From positions 7,006,001 through 7,070,000 of the forward strand of contig OZ193910.1 in assembly GCA_964276515.1 (NCBI GenBank): DNA of 64,000 bases, given 5' to 3'. How positions within the stretch are numbered: position 1 is the stretch's first letter; the number at the start of each line of letters is the position of its first letter. Shown piece after piece: positions 54,301-64,000 of this stretch. The notes under the pieces are model-generated. The model had not been told where the DNA came from and did no database searches. It saw nothing but the letters and a program-made list of their open reading frames with translations. Position numbers and translations under genes: made by a program. This DNA comes from Gordius albopunctatus. Taxonomy: Eukaryota.

Positions 54301-57300
54301 TTCACAATTTTTTCCTTTCAACCATATTCAACCGATGAAAGTTTTTATTTTCAGACGTGATTTCCATGATAAAAAGTCAAAATTTATCAGAATTAGAAAA
54401 CTATTACTTTTAAATCATCATCGCATAGAGCATTTTTCAAAAATTAGGCACTCACGTTGCGATACAACAAACTAATCGCAACAATATAACGTTGTTTTTT
54501 CTCAAAATGATTTTTCTCGCAGATTAAAAATTCTTATAAGGAGTCGATCGAGAATAATACGATTCTCAAATTAGCTTATTTTTATATATTTTATCAAGCT
54601 CTTTTATATAAAATAATAAAAAATATATTATTTAGCTCCGAATAACTCACAATTTTGTCCATTCAACCATATTCATCCAATGAAAGTTTTATTTTCCGAC
54701 CTGATTTCCATGATAAAAAGTTAAAATTTATCAGAATTAGAGAAATATTATTTGAAATCATCATCGCATAGAGCATGTTTCAAAAATTAAGCACTCACTT
54801 TGCGATACAACAAACTAATCGCAACAATATAACGTTGTTTTTTCTCAAAATGATTGTTCTCGCAGATTAAAAATTCTTATAAGGAGTCGATCGAGAATAA
54901 TAGGATTCTCAAATGAGCTTACTTTTATATATTTTTTCAAGCTCTTTTAGATAAAATAACAAAAAATATATTTTTTCAGGTTAAAATACTTCACAATTTT
55001 TTCCTTTCAACAATATTCAACCGATGAAAGTTTTTATTTTCAGACGTGATTTCCATGATAAAAAGTCAAAATTTATCAGAATTAGAAAACTATTACTTTT
55101 AAATCATCATCGCATAGAGCATGTTTCAAAGATTAAGCACTCACGTTGCGATACAACAAACTAATCGCAACAATATAACGTTGTCTTTTCTCAAAATGAT
55201 AGTTCTCGCAGCTTGAAACTTCTTATATGGAGTCGATCGAGAAAAATAGGATTCTCAAATGAGCTTACTTTTTATATTTTTTCAAGCTCTTTTACATAAA
55301 ATAACAAAAAATATATTTTTTCAGGTTAAAATAATTCACAATTTTTTCCTTTCAACCATATTCAACCGATGAAAGTTTTTATTTTCAGACGTGATTTCCA
55401 TGATAAAAAGTCAAAATTTATCAGAATTAGAGAACTATTACTTTTAAATCATCATCGCATAGAGCATTTTTCAAAGATTAAGCACTCACGTTGCGATACA
55501 ACAAACTAATCGCAACAATATAACGTTGTCTTTTCTCAAAATGATAGTTCTCCCAGCTTGAAACTTCTTATATGGAGTCGATCGAGAAAAATAGGATTCT
55601 CAAATGAGCTTACTTTTTTATATTTTTTCAAGCTCTTTTACATAAAATAACAAAAAATATATTTTTCAGGTTAAAATAATTCACAATTTTTTCCTTTCAA
55701 CCATATTCAACCGATGAAAGTTTTTATTTTCAGACGTGATTTCCATGATAAAAAGTCAAAATTTATCAGAATTAGAAAACTATTACTTTTAAATCATCAT
55801 CGCATAGAGCATTTTTCAAAAATTAGGCACTCACGTTGCGATACAAAAAACTAATCGCAACAATATAACGTTCTCCTTTTCTCAAAATGATTGTTCTCGC
55901 AGCTTAAAAATTCTTATAAGGAGTCGATCGAGAATAATAGGATTCTCAAATGAGCTTACTTTTATATATTTTTTCAAGCTCTTTTAGATAAAATAACAAA
56001 AAATATATTTTTTCAGGTTAAAATACTTCACAATTTTTTCCTTTCAACCATATTCAACCGATGAAATTTTTTATTTTCAGACGTGATTTCCATGATAAAA
56101 AGTCAAAATTTATCAGAATTAGAAAACTATTACTTTTAAATCATCATCGCATAGAGCATGTTTCAAAAATTAAGCACTCACGTTGCGATACAACAAACTA
56201 ATCGCAACAATATAAAGTTGACTTTTCTCAAAATGATTGTTCTCGCAACTTTAAACTTCTTATAAGGAGTCGATCGAGAATAATAGGATTCTCAAATGAG
56301 CTTACTTTTATATATTTTTTCAAGCTCTTTTAGATAAAATAACAAAAAATATATTTTTTCAGGTTAAAATACTTCACAATTTTTTCCTTTCAACAATATT
56401 CAACCGATGAAAGTTTTTATTTTCAGACGTGATTTCCATGATAAAAAGTCAAAATTTATCAGAATTAGAAAACTATTACTTTTAAATCATCATCGCATAG
56501 AGCATGTTTCAAAGATTAAGCACTCACGTTGCGATACAACAAACTAATCGCAACAATATAACGTTGTCTTTTCTCAAAATGATAGTTCTCGCAGCTTGAA
56601 ACTTCTTATATGGAGTCGATCGAGAAAAATAGGATTCTCAAATGAGCTTAATTTTTTATATTTTTTCAAGCTCTTTTACATAAAATAACAAAAAATATGA
56701 TTTTTCAGGTTAAAATAATTCACAATTTTTTCCTTTCATTCATATTCAACCGATGAAAGTTTTTATTTTCAGACGTGATTTCCATGATAAAAAGTTAAAA
56801 TTTATTAGAATTAGAGAACTATTATTTGAAATCATCATCGCATACAGCATGTTTCAAAAATTAAGCACTCACGTTGCGATACAACAAACTAATCGCAACA
56901 ATATAACGTTGTCTTTTCTCAAAATGATAGTTCTCGCAGCTTGACACTTCTTATATGGAGTCGATCGAGAAAAATAGGATTCTCAAATGAGCTTACTTTT
57001 TATATTTTTTCAAGCTCTTTTACATAAAATAACAAAAAATATATTTTTTCAGGTTAAAATAATTCACAATTTTTTCCTTTCAACCATATTCAACCGATGA
57101 AAGTTTTTATTTTCAGACGTGATTTCCATGATAAAAAGTCAAAATTTATCAGAATTAGAGAACTATTACTTTTAAATCATCATCGCATAGAGCATTTTTC
57201 AAAGATTAAGCACTCACGTTGCGATACAACAAACTAATCGCAACAATATAACGTTGTCTTTTCTCAAAATGATAGTTCTCGCAGCTTGAAACTTCTTATA

Positions 57301-60300
57301 TGGAGTCGATCGAGAAAAATAGGATTCTCAAATGAGCTTACTTTTTTATATTTTTTCAAGCTCTTTTACATAAAATAACAAAAAATATATTTTTCAGGTT
57401 AAAATAATTCACAATTTTTTCCTTTCAACCATATTCAACCGATGAAAGTTTTTATTTTCAGACGTGATTTCCATGATAAAAAGTCAAAATTTATCAGAAT
57501 TAGAAAACTATTACTTTTAAATCATCATCGCATAGAGCATTTTTCAAAAATTAGGCACTCACGTTGCGATACAACAAACTAATCGCAACAATATAACGTT
57601 CTCCTTTTCTCAAAATGATTGTTCTCGCAGCTTAAAAATTCTTATAAGGAGTCGATCGAGAATAATAGGATTCTCAAATGAGCTTACTTTTATATATTTT
57701 TTCAAGCTCTTTTAGATAAAATAACAAAAAATATATTTTTTCAGGTTAAAATACTTCACAATTTTTTCCTTTCAACAATATTCAACCGATGAAAGTTTTT
57801 ATTTTCAGACGTGATTTCCATGATAAAAAGTCAAAATTTATCAGAATTAGAAAACTATTACTTTTAAATCATCATCGCATAGAGCATGTTTCAAAGATTA
57901 AGCACTCACGTTGCGATACAACAAACTAATCGCAACAATATAACGTTGTCTTTTCTCAAAATGATAGTTCTCGCAGCTTGAAACTTCTTATATGGAGTCG
58001 ATCGAGAAAAATAGGATTCTCAAATGAGCTTACTTTTTATATTTTTTCAAGCTCTTTTACATAAAATAACAAAAAATATATTTTTTCAGGTTAAAATAAT
58101 TCACAATTTTTTCCTTTCAACCATATTCAACCGATGAAAGTTTTTATTTTCAGACGTGATTTCCATGATAAAAAGTCAAAATTTATCAGAATTAGAGAAC
58201 TATTACTTTTAAATCATCATCGCATAGAGCATTTTTCAAAGATTAAGCACTCACGTTGCGATACAACAAACTAATCGCAACAATATAACGTTGTCTTTTC
58301 TCAAAATGATAGTTCTCCCAGCTTGAAACTTCTTATATGGAGTCGATCGAGAAAAATAGGATTCTCAAATGAGCTTACTTTTTTATATTTTTTCAAGCTC
58401 TTTTACATAAAATAACAAAAAATATATTTTTCAGGTTAAAATAATTCACAATTTTTTCCTTTCAACCATATTCAACCGATGAAAGTTTTTATTTTCAGAC
58501 GTGATTTCCATGATAAAAAGTCAAAATTTATCAGAATTAGAAAACTATTACTTTTAAATCATCATCGCATAGAGCATTTTTCAAAAATTAGGCACTCACG
58601 TTGCGATACAAAAAACTAATCGCAACAATATAACGTTCTCCTTTTCTCAAAATGATTGTTCTCGCAGCTTAAAAATTCTTATAAGGAGTCGATCGAGAAT
58701 AATAGGATTCTCAAATGAGCTTACTTTTATATATTTTTTCAAGCTCTTTTAGATAAAATAACAAAAAATATATTTTTTCAGGTTAAAATACTTCACAATT
58801 TTTTCCTTTCAACCATATTCAACCGATGAAATTTTTTATTTTCAGACGTGATTTCCATGATAAAAAGTCAAAATTTATCAGAATTAGAAAACTATTACTT
58901 TTAAATCATCATCGCATAGAGCATGTTTCAAAAATTAAGCACTCACGTTGCGATACAACAAACTAATCGCAACAATATAAAGTTGACTTTTCTCAAAATG
59001 ATTGTTCTCGCAACTTTAAACTTCTTATAAGGAGTCGATCGAGAATAATAGGATTCTCAAATGAGCTTACTTTTATATATTTTTTCAAGCTCTTTTAGAT
59101 AAAATAACAAAAAATATATTTTTTCAGGTTAAAATACTTCACAATTTTTTCCTTTCAACAATATTCAACCGATGAAAGTTTTTATTTTCAGACGTGATTT
59201 CCATGATAAAAAGTCAAAATTTATCAGAATTAGAAAACTATTACTTTTAAATCATCATCGCATAGAGCATGTTTCAAAGATTAAGCACTCACGTTGCGAT
59301 ACAACAAACTAATCGCAACAATATAACGTTGTCTTTTCTCAAAATGATAGTTCTCGCAGCTTGAAACTTCTTATATGGAGTCGATCGAGAAAAATAGGAT
59401 TCTCAAATGAGCTTAATTTTTTATATTTTTTCAAGCTCTTTTACATAAAATAACAAAAAATATGATTTTTCAGGTTAAAATAATTCACAATTTTTTCCTT
59501 TCATTCATATTCAACCGATTAAAGTTTTTATTTTCAGACGTGATTTCCATGATAAAAAGTTAAAATTTATTAGAATTAGAGAACTATTATTTGAAATCAT
59601 CATCGCATACAGCATGTTTCAAAAATTAAGCACTCACGTTGCGATACAACAAACTAATCGCAACAATATAACGTTGTCTTTTCTCAAAATGATAGTTCTC
59701 GCAGCTTGACACTTCTTATATGGAGTCGATCGAGAAAAATAGGATTCTCAAATGAGCTTACTTTTTATATTTTTTCAAGCTCTTTTACATAAAATAACAA
59801 AAAATATATTTTTTCAGGTTAAAATAATTCACAATTTTTTCCTTTCAACCATATTCAACCGATGAAAGTTTTTATTTTCAGACGTGATTTCCATGATAAA
59901 AAGTCAAAATTTATCAGAATTAGAGAACTATTACTTTTAAATCATCATCGCATAGAGCATTTTTCAAAGATTAAGCACTCACGTTGCGATACAACAAACT
60001 AATCGCAACAATATAACGTTGTCTTTTCTCAAAATGATAGTTCTCGCAGCTTGAAACTTCTTATATGGAGTCGATCGAGAAAAATAGGATTCTCAAATGA
60101 GCTTACTTTTTTATATTTTTTCAAGCTCTTTTACATAAAATAACAAAAAATATATTTTTCAGGTTAAAATAATTCACAATTTTTTCCTTTCAACCATATT
60201 CAACCGATGAAAGTTTTTATTTTCAGACGTGATTTCCATGATAAAAAGTCAAAATTTATCAGAATTAGAAAACTATTACTTTTAAATCATCATCGCATAG

Positions 60301-63300
60301 AGCATTTTTCAAAAATTAGGCACTCACGTTGCGATACAACAAACTAATCGCAACAATATAACGTTCTCCTTTTCTCAAAATGATTGTTCTCGCAGCTTAA
60401 AAATTCTTATAAGGAGTCGATCGAGAATAATAGGATTCTCAAATGAGCTTACTTTTATATATTTTTTCAAGCTCTTTTAGATAAAATAACAAAAAATATA
60501 TTTTTTCAGGTTAAAATACTTCACAATTTTTTCCTTTCAACAATATTCAACCGATGAAAGTTTTTATTTTCAGACGTGATTTCCATGATAAAAAGTCAAA
60601 ATTTATCAGAATTAGAAAACTATTACTTTTAAATCATCATCGCATAGAGCATGTTTCAAAGATTAAGCACTCACGTTGCGATACAACAAACTAATCGCAA
60701 CAATATAACGTTGTCTTTTCTCAAAATGATAGTTCTCGCAGCTTGAAACTTCTTATATGGAGTCGATCGAGAAAAATAGGATTCTCAAATGAGCTTAATT
60801 TTTTATATTTTTTCAAGCTCTTTTACATAAAATAACAAAAAATATGATTTTTCAGGTTAAAATAATTCACAATTTTTTCCTTTCATTCATATTCAACCGA
60901 TGAAAGTTTTTATTTTCAGACGTGAATTCCATGATAAAAAGTTAAAATTTATTAGAATTAGAGAACTATTATTTGAAATCATCATCGCATAGAGCATGTT
61001 TCAAAAATTAAGCACTCACGTTGCGATACAACAAACTAATCGCAACAATATAACGTTGACTTTTCTCAAAATGATTGTTCTCGCAACTTTAAACTTCTTA
61101 TAAGGATTCGATCGATAATAATAGGATTCTTAAATGAGCTTACTTTTAAATATTTTTTCAAGCTCTTTTATATAAAATAACAAAAAATATATTTTTTCAG
61201 GTTAAAATAATTCACAATTTTTTCCTTTCAACAATATTCAACCGATGAAAGTTTTTATTTTCAGACGTGATTTCCATGATAAAAAGTTAAAATTTATTAG
61301 AATTAGAGAACTATTATTTGAAATCATCATCGCATAGAGCATGTTTCAAAAATTAAGCACTCACGTTGCGATACAACAAACTAATCGCAACAATATAACG
61401 TTGACTTTTCTCAAAATGATTGTTCTCGCAACTTTAAACTTCTTATAAGGATTCGATCGAGAATAATAGGATTCTTAAATGAGCTTACTTTTAAATATTT
61501 TTTCAAGCTCTTTTATATAAAATAACAAAAAATATATTTTTTCAGGTTAAAATAATTCACAATTTTTTCCTTTCAACCATATTCAACCGATGAAAGTTTT
61601 TATTTTCAGACGTGATTTCCATGATAAAAAGTCAAAATTTATCAGAATTAGAAAACTATTACTTTTAAATCATCATCGCATAGAGCATTTTTCAAAAATT
61701 AGGCACTCACGTTGCGATACAACAAACTAATCGCAACAATATAACGTTCTCCTTTTCTCAAAATGATTGTTCTCGCAGCTTAAAAATTCTTATAAGGAGT
61801 CGATCGAGAATAATAGGATTCTCAAATGAGCTTACTTTTATATATTTTTTCAAGCTCTTTTAGATAAAATAACAAAAAATATATTTTTTCAGGTTAAAAT
61901 ACTTCACAATTTTTTCCTTTCAACCATATTCAACCGATGAAATTTTTTTTTTTCAGACGTGATTTCCATGATAAAAAGTCAAAATTTATCAGAATTAGAA
62001 AACTATTACTTTTAAATCATCATCGCATAGAGCATGTTTCAAAAATTAAGCACTCACGTTGCGATACAACAAACTAATCGCAACAATATAAAGTTGACTT
62101 TTCTCAAAATGATTGTTCTCGCAACTTTAAACTTCTTATAAGGAGTCGATCGAGAATAATAGGATTCTCAAATGAGCTTACTTTTATATATTTTTTCAAG
62201 CTCTTTTAGATAAAATAACAAAAAATATATTTTTTCAGGTTAAAATACTTCACAATTTTTTCCTTTCAACAATATTCAACCGATGAAAGTTTTTATTTTC
62301 AGACGTGATTTCCATGATAAAAAGTCAAAATTTATCAGAATTAGAAAACTATTACTTTTAAATCATCATCGCATAGAGCATGTTTCAAAGATTAAGCACT
62401 CACGTTGCGATACAACAAACTAATCGCAACAATATAACGTTGTCTTTTCTCAAAATGATAGTTCTCGCAGCTTGAAACTTCTTATATGGAGTCGATCGAG
62501 AAAAATAGGATTCTCAAATTAGCTTACTTTTATATATTTTTTCAAGCTCTTTTAGATAAAATAACAAAAAATCTATTTTTTCAGGTTAAAATACTTCACA
62601 ATTTTTTGCTCTTAACCATATTCAACCGATGAAATTTTTTATTTTCAGACGTGATTTCCATGATAAAAAGTCAAAATTTATCAGAATTAGAAAACTATTA
62701 CTTTTAAATCATCATCGCATAGAGCATGTTTCAAAGATTAAGCACTCACGTTGCGATACAACAAACTAATCGCAACAATATAACGTTGTCTTTTCTCAAA
62801 ATGATAGTTCTCGCAGCTTGAAACTTCTTATATGGAGTCGATCGAGAATAATAGGATTCTCAAATTAGCTTATTTTTATATATTTTATCAAGCTCTTTTA
62901 TATAAAATAATAAAAAATATATTATTTAGCTCCGTATAACTCACAATTTTTTCCATTCAACCATATTCATCCAATGAAAGTTTTATTTTCAGACGTGATT
63001 TCCATGATAAAAAGTTAAAATTTATCAGAATTAGAGAACTATTACTTTGAAATCATCCTCGCATAGAGCATGTTTCAAAAATTAAGCACTCACGTTGCGA
63101 TACAACAAACTAATCGCAACAATATAACGTTGACTTTTCTCAAAATGATTGTTCTCGCAACTTTAAACTTCTTATAAGGAGTCGATCGAGAATAATAGGA
63201 TTCTCAAATGAGCTTATTTTTATATATTTTATCAAGCTCTTTTATATAAAATAATAAAAAATATATTATTTAGCTCCGTATAACTCACAATTTTTTCCAT

Positions 63301-64000
63301 TCAACCATATTCATCCAATGAAAGTTTTATTTTCAGACGTGATTTCCATGATAAAAAGTTAAAATTTATCAGAATTAGAGAACTATTACTTTGAAATCAT
63401 CCTCGCATAGAGCATGTTTCAAAAATTAAGCACTCACGTTGCGATACAACAAACTAATCGCAACAATATAACGTTGACTTTTCTCAAAATGATTGTTCTC
63501 GCAACTTTAAACTTCTTATAAGGAGTCGATCGAGAATAATAGGATTCTCAAATTAGCTTATTTTTATATATTTTATCAAGCTCTTTTATATAAAATAACA
63601 CAAATTATATTTATTTAGCTCCGAATAACTCACAATTTTTTCCATTCAACCATATTCATCCAATGAAAGTTTTATTTTCCGACCTGATTTCCTTGATAAA
63701 AAGTTAAAATTTATCAGAATTAGAGAACTATTATTTGAAATCATCATCGCATTGAGCATGTTTCAAAAATTAAGCACTCACTTTGCGATACAACAAACTA
63801 ATCGCAACAATATAACGTTGTTTTTTCTCAAAATGATTGTTCTCGCAGATTAAAAATTCTTATAAGAAGTCGATCGAGAATAATAGGATTCTCAAATGAG
63901 CTTACTTTTATATATTTTTTCAAGCTCTTTTAGATAAAATAACAAAAAATATATTTTTTCAGGTTAAAATACTTCACAATTTTTTCCTTTCAACCATATT
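27342..64000 (+). repeat. SatB tandem satellite array, ~345-bp monomer (~106 copies) with higher-order repeats
   Basis: Motifs such as CACGTTGCGATACAACAAACTAATCGCAAC and GGAGTCGATCGAG recur every ~345 bp; no unique insertion was seen. Confidence 0.99.

Noticed and set aside
35727..56944. Five identical 63-aa ORFs (MKVFIFRRDF...)
   Set aside because: They are open only in monomers with a TAG>TAC variant, so they mark HOR copies rather than a gene.
1..64000. CRISPR array or prokaryotic repeat system
   Set aside because: No unique spacers between repeats and no cas genes; the introns and Harbinger element indicate a eukaryote.

Overview
Eukaryotic, very AT-rich satellite (centromeric or pericentromeric-type) DNA with no host genes. 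A ~353-bp tandem satellite (SatA) fills 1-27141. After a 200-N gap, a ~345-bp satellite (SatB) fills 27342-64000; SatB is a diverged homolog of SatA in the opposite orientation. The only unique sequence is a 2025-bp PIF/Harbinger DNA transposon (14747-16771). It carries a decayed, intron-containing DDE transposase (+) and a convergent, decayed MADF(+BESS-like) DNA-binding gene (-) that the ORF track largely misses. The element has no ordinary direct target-site duplication: both ends join the same TTA of the SatA monomer in opposite orientations. It therefore forms one breakpoint of a ~2.45-kb (~7 monomer) satellite inversion, whose other breakpoint (19222/19223) falls within ~20 bp of the same monomer site. 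This suggests a satellite-site-targeting Harbinger that inverts satellite arrays. All analysis was by eye; no alignments or searches were run.
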